From a virus (lineage: Duplodnaviria; Caudoviricetes), in IMG/VR virus record IMGVR_UViG_3300011577_000001: a DNA stretch of 64,000 nt; one strand, written 5' to 3'. Of the stretch, positions 54,631 through 63,919 are shown one piece after another (position 1 is the stretch's first letter; each line of letters starts with the position of its first letter). The translations under genes and the position numbers were made by a program. Below the pieces are notes generated by a model. It worked only from the letters and a program-made list of their open reading frames with translations, made no database searches and was not told the DNA's origin.

Positions 54631-55887
54631 ATGCTTAAGCAATACATGGAGCCTGATCAGCTCCCCACTACCAACTGGTCCATGGAGTCGATCGAAAGCC
54701 TGATCGCTTCCGGGAACGCCCAACTGGATCGCTTCGAAGCGCTCTGTGTGGCGATGGAAGAAATCGAGGACATCCACAATGACCTCCAGACCCTGATCGA
54801 AAACAACGATGCGAACCAGACCACTGCGGTCATGATTCGTGAACGTATCGAGAAGGTCGAAGACGACACCGGCATCCGTGCAGAAATCCCTGCTCTGGAA
54901 GACCATGGCGACGACATGATCGCTTACCACCAGATCTCGATGGAAGCAGTATCGGGTATCTGGAACCGCATCAAGCAAGCCTACGTCTCCGAATGGCAGA
55001 CCATGTTCGATGGCTTCTCCACCCTGTTCGGTGGCTACCGTCGTTGGGGCTTGAAGCAACAGGCTCGTCTGCACCGCCTGCGTCAAGAGTGGAAAGACAA
55101 GAAGCCAGAACTGAACGAACAACGTCACAAAGGTTCGCTCGCTGGTCAAACTGTCTACATGGCGTTCACCATCGAAGGTCGCATGTCCAAAGACCCGGTC
55201 GGCGACATGCAGAAAGACTTGGCTAACGCTAAGTACCTGACCCAGGAATATCCGAAAGCTCTGGCGATGTACCTCGAGAAAGTTCGTGGTATCATCAATG
55301 GTGGCAAGTACGACAGCGACGATGGCTTCGAGTCCTCGGTCCTGGGCAAGTTGGGCAGCCTTGAGCATCCTTCGCAAGTTCTGAAATCCCCAATCATCGG
55401 TAAAGGCAACGTCATGTTGCACAACCGTGGCCTGGAGATCAAGAAAGGTCGTTCAGTCAAGCCGGTTGGCGCGGACGAGAAATACCGCAAATTGGCAGAC
55501 CTGTCGGTTCAGACTTACGTGAAAGAGTTCATCTTCACTTGGTCCAACCTCAACGCTGGTATCATCGAGGACTTCTACCTGTCCACCGCTGATGTCGACA
55601 AGTTGCTGGATCTGTGCGACGAGTACTGCAAGTGCTTGATCAACGCGATGGAAGTATTCCGTCCGATGCAGAAAGCCATGAAAGGTCTGGCTGACTTCGC
55701 GAAGAAGAACATCGAAACTGAACGTCTGAACGGCACCAACCAGAAAGCGTTCAAACAGATGCTGTCCTTCGTGCGCGGTCTGCGTCGCTACGCCAAAACC
55801 CCGTATCGCGTAGAGATCACTCGTATCCAGGGTGTGATCATCGCGTCACGCATCATCGCCAGCCGTACTATCGCTACTGCGAAATGA
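54631..55887 (+). CDS. Internal head protein with acidic propeptide
   Basis: N-terminal acidic helical region with prohead-protease-type sites SME, ALE and SME. Confidence 0.7.
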   Translation: MLKQYMEPDQLPTTNWSMESIESLIASGNAQLDRFEALCVAMEEIEDIHNDLQTLIENNDANQTTAVMIRERIEKVEDDTGIRAEIPALEDHGDDMIAYHQISMEAVSGIWNRIKQAYVSEWQTMFDGFSTLFGGYRRWGLKQQARLHRLRQEWKDKKPELNEQRHKGSLAGQTVYMAFTIEGRMSKDPVGDMQKDLANAKYLTQEYPKALAMYLEKVRGIINGGKYDSDDGFESSVLGKLGSLEHPSQVLKSPIIGKGNVMLHNRGLEIKKGRSVKPVGADEKYRKLADLSVQTYVKEFIFTWSNLNAGIIEDFYLSTADVDKLLDLCDEYCKCLINAMEVFRPMQKAMKGLADFAKKNIETERLNGTNQKAFKQMLSFVRGLRRYAKTPYRVEITRIQGVIIASRIIASRTIATAK

Positions 55888-55932
55888 CGGCATAAAGGCA
55901 AAAAAAAAAGCAGGGGCCGAAACCCCTGCTTT

Positions 55933-56325
55933 TTATGCCGCCTGTTTTTGACGATATTCCAAGACCAACTCGTGTGTCTGCATGAACAACTCCACCCGCT
56001 CCAAGAAGGCCAGATCCAAAGAACATTTGAACTTGTACCCGTTCTTCTGACAGTACTCGTGGAACTTGTGGTAGTTTTCCTCAACGTTGGCAAACCGATC
56101 GGTATACGCCAGACACCATTGAAAGACGGTCAGAGGTAAGCCTTGATCGCCCCGCACCTGATGAATACGCAGTGGTAAGCCTTCCCGTTCGAACTCCTCA
56201 ACGAACAGATCAAAGTCGGCAACGTTGTACATCATCAGGCCAACTTCATTCAGGTTGTCGAAGTCCCGCTCCCCAGCGAGAATCGCAGCCACCATCTTCT
56301 TATACCACTTAAGGTTTAACCCCAT
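55933..56325 (-). CDS. Hypothetical protein
   Basis: 130 aa with AAGGA SD. Confidence 0.6.
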   Translation of the reverse strand: MGLNLKWYKKMVAAILAGERDFDNLNEVGLMMYNVADFDLFVEEFEREGLPLRIHQVRGDQGLPLTVFQWCLAYTDRFANVEENYHKFHEYCQKNGYKFKCSLDLAFLERVELFMQTHELVLEYRQKQAA

Positions 56326-56355
56326 GGTCAGTATCCTTACGATGCTCTTGTCATA

Positions 56356-56718
56356 TTAGATCAGTTCGCCCATGTCCGTAGCTGGAAGGCCTTGGGACGT
56401 CGCATACGCAATCAAACGGTCCTTGAGGTTATGTCGGTGACAGAACACTCCCGCTCGACACATACAGGCCACTACAACGCGTTCTAGCCGTACTACACGA
56501 TCCCACTCTTCTTGGTGGTCGATCTGTTTCTGGTCCAGGATTTCATTGTAGCGACGGGTGTACTCTTCTTGGCTCAGGCCAGAGTACTTGATCCCGTGAA
56601 CGATTTCTTTGATTGGCGAGAAGGCAGGGTTGCCATTACGCCAAGTGGTGTCGATGAACTCGATTCCCAGTTCCTTAGCTCGACGCCATTTGCCCATTTG
56701 CAGCGTGTAGATTTCCAT
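56356..56718 (-). CDS. DUF488-like protein
   Basis: MEIYT, FSP and CMCRAGVFCHRH (CxC..CHR motif); start moved to 56718. Confidence 0.6.
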   Translation of the reverse strand: MEIYTLQMGKWRRAKELGIEFIDTTWRNGNPAFSPIKEIVHGIKYSGLSQEEYTRRYNEILDQKQIDHQEEWDRVVRLERVVVACMCRAGVFCHRHNLKDRLIAYATSQGLPATDMGELI

Positions 56719-56798
56719 ACCCAACTCAGCCAAAAAAAAAAGAGGTCAGCATAAAAGCGGTAGGGTGTTACCCCTACCGCTTGGCCTAGGCCGGGTGA

Positions 56799-57683
56799 TC
56801 AGCCAGCGAGAGCAGCTTTCGCGCGCTCGTTGATGCTGTCACGGACTTTCTTCAGCACACCCTTGTTGGCGTGAGCGTTGACGCCGTACTTCATCGAGAC
56901 GATGCCGTACTTGGTGATGACCGCGTTCGGATCGCGCTCTTCGCCTTCTTTCGGGATGCCGCCAGCCGGGTACTCTTTCGAGCGCTGGATAGTACCGGCA
57001 ACGCTGTCGGTGCCGTAGCCGAATTCGACGCTGAGCTGCTCGAGCTTCTCGTCGGCCTTGAAGGCTTCGATGCCGATCTGGCCCAGGGCTTCTGCGGTGG
57101 CAGCGACCAGGTTCACAGCGTGGTTCTGGTGCAGGGTACGGGACTCGGTGGTGATGCCTTCGGGCAGGGTGGTGTCACCGATGTCTTTCGGCAGGGAGAT
57201 GATCGAGCCGTCGCGGGTGTGAGCAGCGACCAGGGTGGCAGCCAGAGCTTCGACGGTTTCCAGGGCAGTGGCTTTCTTCGATTCGGACATTGCAGTTTTT
57301 CCTTGCGGGTTGATGAGATCACGGGTTGCGTTGCGGATATCTCTTACATATCCTTCAACCTTTCCGTAATCAATTACTGGTTGATTCAGGTTTCTCTCGA
57401 AACTCTCGAAGACTTCGGCGGCTGCCTTGTCTGCGATTACTTTGATTTCCTCATCGCTCAACTGCCGAGGTGGCGGGTAAACGAGTTGGATAACTTGTGC
57501 CAGTTCTTCGACGATTTCAGTTTGAATGTCATCGTCGATGTTATCGAACCAGCTATCGAAGCCACTACGACCATCCAAAGAGCGGATGACCGCATTAGCA
57601 GCTCGTGTTGCACGACAGCTCAGATCCATGTCTTCAAAGACGGGATACATATCTGCGCGGTCGAGTGTAGCTTGTGCGGACAT
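56799..57683 (-). CDS. Early protein with probable second in-frame start at 57290
   Basis: 294 aa ORF after the early promoter at 57712-57742; internal AAGGA SD plus ATG, with a codon-usage shift. Confidence 0.65.
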   Translation of the reverse strand: MSAQATLDRADMYPVFEDMDLSCRATRAANAVIRSLDGRSGFDSWFDNIDDDIQTEIVEELAQVIQLVYPPPRQLSDEEIKVIADKAAAEVFESFERNLNQPVIDYGKVEGYVRDIRNATRDLINPQGKTAMSESKKATALETVEALAATLVAAHTRDGSIISLPKDIGDTTLPEGITTESRTLHQNHAVNLVAATAEALGQIGIEAFKADEKLEQLSVEFGYGTDSVAGTIQRSKEYPAGGIPKEGEERDPNAVITKYGIVSMKYGVNAHANKGVLKKVRDSINERAKAALAG

Positions 57684-57745
57684 GGTGAATCTCCAATCAA
57701 GCTAGGTATTGCACTAGAGTAATATATACCCCAGATTCTTTTCAA

Positions 57746-58135
57746 TCACATATTGCACATGCACTCAGAAGTACAGAGCGTAGGGTCACGAGGGCGAATC
57801 ATGGCTGTAGTGCCAAGATCAGCTTCCCACAAGATGCGAGGATTAAATCCCTGCCGCTCGACAGCTACCAGTTTTCCGGTAGCTGGGAAGAGAAAGCCTT
57901 GGAAGTTGTCTACCATGCGCGCTGACTGAACAGCATAGCGAATAACCATTTTTCCATGGTTACCATCAACTCGACCAATAGTATCGACTGTGAGTTGAAT
58001 GCCTGGCTCACAAACCCAGGAGGCTTCGTAGACTTCTAACTCCCCATACTCAGTCACAATGGTGTCGCCCATACCGAGGCGTTTGATGTCCATCGAAATG
58101 GCTTCGATCATCATCGCCACCCTCGATTCGACCAC
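57746..58135 (-). CDS. Early hypothetical protein
   Basis: 129 aa, in operon. Confidence 0.55.
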   Translation of the reverse strand: MVESRVAMMIEAISMDIKRLGMGDTIVTEYGELEVYEASWVCEPGIQLTVDTIGRVDGNHGKMVIRYAVQSARMVDNFQGFLFPATGKLVAVERQGFNPRILWEADLGTTAMIRPRDPTLCTSECMCNM

Positions 58136-58446
58136 AGGTCTTTCGGCATACCGCCGTCAGTCTCTTCAACTTGTTTGGACTTTGGAGCTTCGCGGCGAAC
58201 TTTGATGTGCTCTGGCACGGCCACCGACGAAATGATTTTCTTCACATCACCATGGCGACAACGTACAACCATGCGATCACGTTGCATCAGTACACGACCG
58301 TCACTCAGTGGGAAGTGTACGTCAGATACTGCGTGGATATTCGAGGCCGGAATATTCTCCCGACCAATCACCTTCGCTTCCAGACTATCGAGGATGTCCC
58401 CGATCTTAAGGTCACGGATGTGGACTAGCTCTTCAACGTAGCGCAT
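58111..58446 (-). CDS. Early hypothetical protein
   Basis: 111 aa, in operon. Confidence 0.6.
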   Translation of the reverse strand: MRYVEELVHIRDLKIGDILDSLEAKVIGRENIPASNIHAVSDVHFPLSDGRVLMQRDRMVVRCRHGDVKKIISSVAVPEHIKVRREAPKSKQVEETDGGMPKDLWSNRGWR

Positions 58447-58449
58447 GTG

Positions 58450-58794
58450 TTACCCCTTGGATCGTAGTAGTGGGGTCTCGATTCTGGGTTGAGCAAAGAT
58501 CTTGAAGGTCTTCGGGAAGTTCTCTTCCTTAACTACCTTGCCTTCATTGTTCACGTACATCATCACACCGGAGTGCGGGAACAGGTAGGCTTGATAACCG
58601 CGACCATCACGGAACTGATGGCGCCAGACATTCATGGGTTCTTTGCCAACCCACTGACCCAACGAATTGGTCTTACCCTCATAGTTAGGTTCAGGTACGT
58701 AACTTCTTCCTACATATGTCAGGTCGTAAGCGGGAAGATAGTCACCAGCGAAGATCATGTCGATGGTGGCGTTCTCAGGCTTTACTGTACTCAT
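58450..58794 (-). CDS. Early hypothetical protein
   Basis: 114 aa, ATGA-coupled to the upstream gene. Confidence 0.6.
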   Translation of the reverse strand: MSTVKPENATIDMIFAGDYLPAYDLTYVGRSYVPEPNYEGKTNSLGQWVGKEPMNVWRHQFRDGRGYQAYLFPHSGVMMYVNNEGKVVKEENFPKTFKIFAQPRIETPLLRSKG

Positions 58795-59024
58795 CCCTTG
58801 CGTCCTTTCTTAAACGTGTAGACTACGACCAACCCAACGGTCAGCACCAGTACATAGAACAACTGAGAGATCTCAAGGGCATCGCGGTGTTCAACAACAA
58901 CTGCGAGGTAGAAGAACAACACCAGATACAGCATGGTGGTGATGACAATGAAGGCACCAGTCTTCGACCAAGTCTTGATAAAGCTTATGAACTCTTTCAA
59001 GGCTTCCCAATTTTCTTTTAACAT
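58791..59024 (-). CDS. Early two-TM membrane protein
   Basis: 77 aa with two hydrophobic helices and a basic C-terminus; early promoter at 59071-59102. Confidence 0.65.
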   Translation of the reverse strand: MLKENWEALKEFISFIKTWSKTGAFIVITTMLYLVLFFYLAVVVEHRDALEISQLFYVLVLTVGLVVVYTFKKGRKG

Positions 59025-59170
59025 TTTCTCCTCCTGAGGATAAATAGATCTCTACAACTTTGTAGCTTATCCCCTAGGTAATATGTGTCTGAAATATCTT
59101 TAGATAGAATGCGATTTAAGCGGCATAAAAGCCCTAGGGGTATAACCCCTAGGGTCTTATGACGATCGCA

Positions 59171-59884
59171 TCACCAGCGAGCGCTGGGAGGCTCCTGATA
59201 GGACAACAGCTCTGCTGTCGCTCCTTTGACCTTCTTCCACTCGGTGGCGTCGAGTTTACGGAGATTAGTAACCTCCCCTTTGTCCCAACCTTTCACCCAG
59301 CGGGAGAACTCAAAGGTCCAGTAGCCTTCGGTCAACATGATGTCGTGACTGAACCGAATGGTCGCACCTTTGGAAACCTCGAAGAACACCTCGATGGTTT
59401 TCTCACCCACGGCGTTGCGTTGATACTCACGCACCGAACGGTAGAAATACTTGCCGATTATCTCAGCAGGGTATTGCCACTTCTCCGGTTTGTAAGGAAC
59501 CAACCAACGTTCGTCAGTGAAGTCAGCGTCGTAGAGGACTTTGACATTAGGCTTGACCGATACCTCATTACGGAAACCGTAGACGTACCAGCCGTCCTTC
59601 CATCCCTTGTTTGAACGCCCCCATTCCCAATCGGCTCGATCCTGTTGATAACCCAAGATACAACCGAAGATGGTGGGTGCCACACTCACACGAGGAACAG
59701 AACGATCTTCTTTCGGAGCAGAACGCTGTGTCAACTGTGGGACGAACTTCTTGATTCCTGGATTAACGGAAATATGGTACAGGAATTCCTGACCCAAGTC
59801 CTCAGGGGAAATGATCTCACAGTTCTTGCCAACACCGTTGCGGAATGACGCGATGTACGCTTCACAGGCTTCGACGTCGTTCAT
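59171..59884 (-). CDS. Conserved protein downstream of the prohead protease (phiKZ gp174 position)
   Basis: 237 aa with YHIS, EDRSVPRVSVAPT and ERWL; ends PPSARW. Confidence 0.65.
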   Translation of the reverse strand: MNDVEACEAYIASFRNGVGKNCEIISPEDLGQEFLYHISVNPGIKKFVPQLTQRSAPKEDRSVPRVSVAPTIFGCILGYQQDRADWEWGRSNKGWKDGWYVYGFRNEVSVKPNVKVLYDADFTDERWLVPYKPEKWQYPAEIIGKYFYRSVREYQRNAVGEKTIEVFFEVSKGATIRFSHDIMLTEGYWTFEFSRWVKGWDKGEVTNLRKLDATEWKKVKGATAELLSYQEPPSARW

Positions 59885-59893
59885 ACCGCCCCC

Positions 59894-60658
59894 TTACCAG
59901 CGAGCAGACGGAGGCAGGACCAAACCAGCCTTACCGTGTTTCTTCCAACCGAAGTCGATGAAGATTGCAGAACCGGAAACGCCGCCAGACGATTCCATCG
60001 AAACCCCAGCACCCACACCAGTGTCCATGGCTTCAACGTGTTCGCGGGTGAACTCCATCTCTTGGAAGGATTCCAGAGACGGAGCATTCCATTTACGAGC
60101 GTAGTCGATACCAGGCTCGTTCACGTAGTCCCAGGTCACGATGGTGCGGATGTGCTTGACGAGGCGACCACCTTCGATCTTATCGTCAGTCAGGGAACGT
60201 ACCGAGAAGCACACGCTCTCGTTCGGGTTTTCCAGCGACTCACCCAGGTTGTCACCACGAGGACCCGACGGCTTGACGCGACCAATCACAGCAACGACGC
60301 GTTGACCAGACTTGTCCTTAACGGCGTTCTGTTCGATGCGTACGTCAGCGAAGTGGCAGCAGACGTTGTCTTCGTAGATGGTCGACACACGACGCAGGAA
60401 GCTACGCATGTCTTGGTTGGGGAGTTGTTTCGGGTGACCGTACTCGCCACGGCAAGCACCAGTCTCGATCCGGCGCATCAGGCTGGACGATTGCTCGAAC
60501 AGCGCTTTAGCCGAAGCCAGTGGGTAGAACGCGCCACCACTGTTGTAACAGTCCAAACCACCCAGCACCAGCTCGTAATAGCCTTCGCTGTCGGGTTTGA
60601 TCTTTCCTACTTTGTTTGTGCCGAGCAACGCGACACAACCATAACTGACACGTTCCAT
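59894..60658 (-). CDS. Prohead maturation protease (phiKZ gp175-like)
   Basis: GEYGHP (His), FSVRS (Ser) and TWDYVNEPG (Asp); C-terminal SLE/SME autocleavage-type sites. Confidence 0.9.
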   Translation of the reverse strand: MERVSYGCVALLGTNKVGKIKPDSEGYYELVLGGLDCYNSGGAFYPLASAKALFEQSSSLMRRIETGACRGEYGHPKQLPNQDMRSFLRRVSTIYEDNVCCHFADVRIEQNAVKDKSGQRVVAVIGRVKPSGPRGDNLGESLENPNESVCFSVRSLTDDKIEGGRLVKHIRTIVTWDYVNEPGIDYARKWNAPSLESFQEMEFTREHVEAMDTGVGAGVSMESSGGVSGSAIFIDFGWKKHGKAGLVLPPSARW

Positions 60659-60664
60659 AGCACG

Positions 60665-61387
60665 TTACCTTCTCAAGAGTCCTTCGATAGGCTCTACCGT
60701 GTCGGAAGGGTTTACCAATGCGGAGGTTAAGCCTTCTTCCCAATAGGCACCTACCAGTTTAGCGGTGGTGTTACTTGCCCCGTACGTAACGCTTCTCAGC
60801 GGAATGAACGTGGGGTCAATCGCCAAGTCCTTCTCAGTTTTGATAGACTGGCGGTAATACTGCGTGCGGTCGTCTGCCAAACGGCTGATGGCGGCTACAA
60901 TCATTTCCACGATGGCGTGGTTAGCCCCCACCGAGACTCCCGCGTGATGGCGAGCGCTCTCGAAGATACGGCCCAGTTCTTGGTAACCCATGAACCACGG
61001 CACGTGTCCCTTACCTAACAGCTCGGAATAAATCCGGTAGATAAAGATGTCGCTCTTGAGGAGGTTGATGTTGGCAATCACCACTGAACCAGGAGTAAAC
61101 ACGAACTCGATGTAGTCTTCGTCTTCGATCTTGATGTAGTTGGTGATAGTGGGCTCGATGCGCATCATGGCGTTGGCCAACGAAACACCCAAGTAGGTGT
61201 CGTCGACCGTGATTGCAAAGATACCAGAGATGGAAGTCTCGGTACCCAGGAACGCCATCTGTTGTTCAGCAAAACGGGCAGGGATGTAGATTTTTACCCC
61301 ACGCGTAGTCACTAGCGTGCCATCCTCCATCTCTTTCAAGCTAGCATGGACTTTGGCGGCGTCACGTTTTAATTTTCTCGGGTCCAT
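60665..61387 (-). CDS. Conserved protein (phiKZ gp176-like)
   Basis: Start moved to ATG 61387 (GAGGAG SD); contains GHVPWFM and NTTAKLVGAY; syntenic. Confidence 0.7.
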   Translation of the reverse strand: MDPRKLKRDAAKVHASLKEMEDGTLVTTRGVKIYIPARFAEQQMAFLGTETSISGIFAITVDDTYLGVSLANAMMRIEPTITNYIKIEDEDYIEFVFTPGSVVIANINLLKSDIFIYRIYSELLGKGHVPWFMGYQELGRIFESARHHAGVSVGANHAIVEMIVAAISRLADDRTQYYRQSIKTEKDLAIDPTFIPLRSVTYGASNTTAKLVGAYWEEGLTSALVNPSDTVEPIEGLLRR

Positions 61388-62150
61388 GGGACTCCTCATC
61401 GAAATACCACTCCTTAAATGCGTCGCTGGTACTTTGACACCGGTGTTTAATCGTACTATAGGAAATGTTTAAAGCTCGACTGGCTTCTTTACAATTACCG
61501 TAGGTTACACCATTAATGACGATCGGTTTGAACAAATGTTTTCTTGAGTCTAGCATATTCTGCTTAGCCTCTTCGGTATGTTTTCTACCCAAATGTAAAC
61601 GACTCATCACTTCTCTGGCTTCAGGGCTACTCCACTGTTGTTTGGCCTTCTCTCTCAAGTTAGCCCTTACAGTGGGGTCCTTCATCCGTTTGATAGTTGC
61701 TGACCGCTGTTTATCCACAGTGGTCTGGGAAGCCTTCTTTCCAGTACGCAGGGTCTTAAGTATTTCGCGGTGCTCTGGAGTGACCTCGTGTCCCAATCCA
61801 CTTATTCTTACGTCCATCGAAACATTAGTAACCTCTGCCCCACTTTTTACGTAGAGGTCAAGTAACTCCTGTTCCTTACAGTAGGCGGTTTCTCGATCGG
61901 GAGTCATGTGGAACATAACCGAAAATCTACGATCTGAGTCATACGCTATCTGGAGTCGCTTGTTTTCATGGAGCCCTTTGCTAAATCGGAGACGATGAAC
62001 CCGCATCCGTCTCACTAAATCGCCACTACTGCCGATGTAAATCTGCCCACTGGCGGTATGTGTGATTATGTAGGCACCACAATTACTGGGAAGAAGTTTT
62101 TTGGGAAGATTGAAGAAATCAAACCTAACCTTGTATTCGACGGCGTTCAT
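61362..62150 (-). mobile_element. Free-standing GIY-YIG homing endonuclease with NUMOD3 repeats
   Basis: GAYII...IYIGSS...R...H and HTEEAK; AT-richer than flanks; own early promoter at 62179-62208. Confidence 0.88.
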
Positions 62151-62225
62151 TGGAAATTCCTAAAGAGAGTAAAATCATCACCTAAGTAATATATCCCTAA
62201 ATTAATTTCCAATGAACATTTACCC

Positions 62226-63671
62226 TTACTGACCAGGTGCGTCTTTGGTGATCAGAGTCGCAACCCAAGTCGGGATGAACTCCATCAGAGCCAACAGGCC
62301 CACTTCACGCATTTCCAGCTCAGGGTGTTCCTTAGCGACGCTGTCCATGGTGGTCAGGATGTCGTAGGCGTTGGTGTGAGGGAAGATCACCGAGCAGATC
62401 ACCTTACGCACGGTAATGAAGAGGTCGTCTTCGTACCAGTTGTTCGGCATGTTGCGGATGTACTTGTGCAGCTCGGTCACGTACACCTTGCGTTCGGTCA
62501 CGAGCAGGTCATCAGGCATCTCCTGAATCTCTTTCTCGATCGCCCGTACCAGGCCGGTCTGGAAGTGGTTGGCCTTCTGCAAGCGCAGGTTGGTGGCCAT
62601 CACACGTTCCTGGGATTCCCAGACCTTGATGTAACGGTCCTTACGCTCCAGCAGGATGTCGTAGTTCGAGTTGCGATCCGAAACGAATGCACCGAACAGG
62701 ACTTCTGGAGTACCACCGGCTTCAAGCCACTTGTCGTAGACGTCAGCGTTCACGCGGATCTCGACAGGGTTGATGCCGATGTCGTCTTCACGGAAACGCG
62801 ACCAGTCAGCCACCAGCACTTTACGCTTGGCGTTGGACTCACGACGTTCCAGGGTACGGCAAACAGCACGAGCAGCTTGGCTCATGATGTCGATGACGTA
62901 CTCTTTGTACTCGTTCAGACCAGCCTGTACACCTTCCGGGGTGATCTCGCACAGACGCGAGGCCAGCAGGAAGATCACCAGGATCTGAGTCGGTTCGACG
63001 TACAGATGGTTCAGGTGAGCCAGCAGCGACGGGTTGTAGGTCTCGTCACGGTTGACGAAGATCTTGTTGTAGATCTCCTGAACGTAACCGTCTGGCAGGG
63101 TGGCAATGAAGTTCTCCAGCTCGGTGTTGAAGCGAGCCACGCCAGTTTCAACCAGCGCCAGAGGAGTAGCAATGCCGTCAGCCATCGGTACGGTGATGCT
63201 CAGCTTGACGTCCTTCACAGGAGTCTCGTTGTAGCGCTCAACCAGACCGGTCAGGTAGTGACTGTCCCAGATGTCGGCGAACTTGTCAGCACGCACCGAG
63301 ATGGCAGTGTTCTTCAGAGTCAGGGCGTCATCGACGTACTGCTGAACGAATTCGCAGGCCGACTTGACCGAAGGGTTGACTTGGTTGCGGGCAACGTCGA
63401 GGTTCCACGCCACGGTCTTCTTCAGGACTTCGATGACTTCGTCCATCACCAGGTCGTGCTCTACCACGCCAGCGGCGTTCTTGGCTTGAGCGCCGTACAT
63501 GATGCGTTCTTCGACCGACATCTCGAGGGTGCCGACGTCGGGGTTCGGCAGGTAGCCTGCACGGATCAGGGTGGCCAGAGGAGTACCGTCGATTGCACGA
63601 ATCGCCAGACCCTTGTTATCCAGTACCTGAGCCAGGCTCACTGCTGCCGTCAAGGAGTTATAGTTCAGCAT
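62226..63671 (-). CDS. Conserved protein (phiKZ gp177-like)
   Basis: 481 aa with ARNQVNP and YDKWLEAGGTPEVLFG; syntenic. Confidence 0.68.
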   Translation of the reverse strand: MLNYNSLTAAVSLAQVLDNKGLAIRAIDGTPLATLIRAGYLPNPDVGTLEMSVEERIMYGAQAKNAAGVVEHDLVMDEVIEVLKKTVAWNLDVARNQVNPSVKSACEFVQQYVDDALTLKNTAISVRADKFADIWDSHYLTGLVERYNETPVKDVKLSITVPMADGIATPLALVETGVARFNTELENFIATLPDGYVQEIYNKIFVNRDETYNPSLLAHLNHLYVEPTQILVIFLLASRLCEITPEGVQAGLNEYKEYVIDIMSQAARAVCRTLERRESNAKRKVLVADWSRFREDDIGINPVEIRVNADVYDKWLEAGGTPEVLFGAFVSDRNSNYDILLERKDRYIKVWESQERVMATNLRLQKANHFQTGLVRAIEKEIQEMPDDLLVTERKVYVTELHKYIRNMPNNWYEDDLFITVRKVICSVIFPHTNAYDILTTMDSVAKEHPELEMREVGLLALMEFIPTWVATLITKDAPGQ

Positions 63672-63673
63672 GG

Positions 63674-63868
63674 TTACACGACCCCTTGATCTTTGGTCAG
63701 TTTGCGTTGGATGGTAGCGGTGATCGCCGACTTCATGGTCGCCGGTGGAATACGCTCCCCGTTGATGGTGTTCGATACAGCTTCACCAGCAACAGCCATG
63801 ATCAGGTTAGCCGACAGTTCTACTGCGTTGGCTAACACCGTCAAGTTCTGCTCGTAATTTTTGGACAT
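63674..63868 (-). CDS. Small conserved hypothetical protein
   Basis: 64 aa abutting the next gene. Confidence 0.55.
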   Translation of the reverse strand: MSKNYEQNLTVLANAVELSANLIMAVAGEAVSNTINGERIPPATMKSAITATIQRKLTKDQGVV

Positions 63869-63919
63869 AACGGAACCCGTCTTGAGAGTTAACGATGGGG
63901 CTCCGAGGAGCCCCTAAAT

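Noticed and set aside
43988-55422. Long antisense ORFs over terminase, gp26-like, sheath, tube and head genes
   Set aside because: They are shadow frames of well-supported structural genes.
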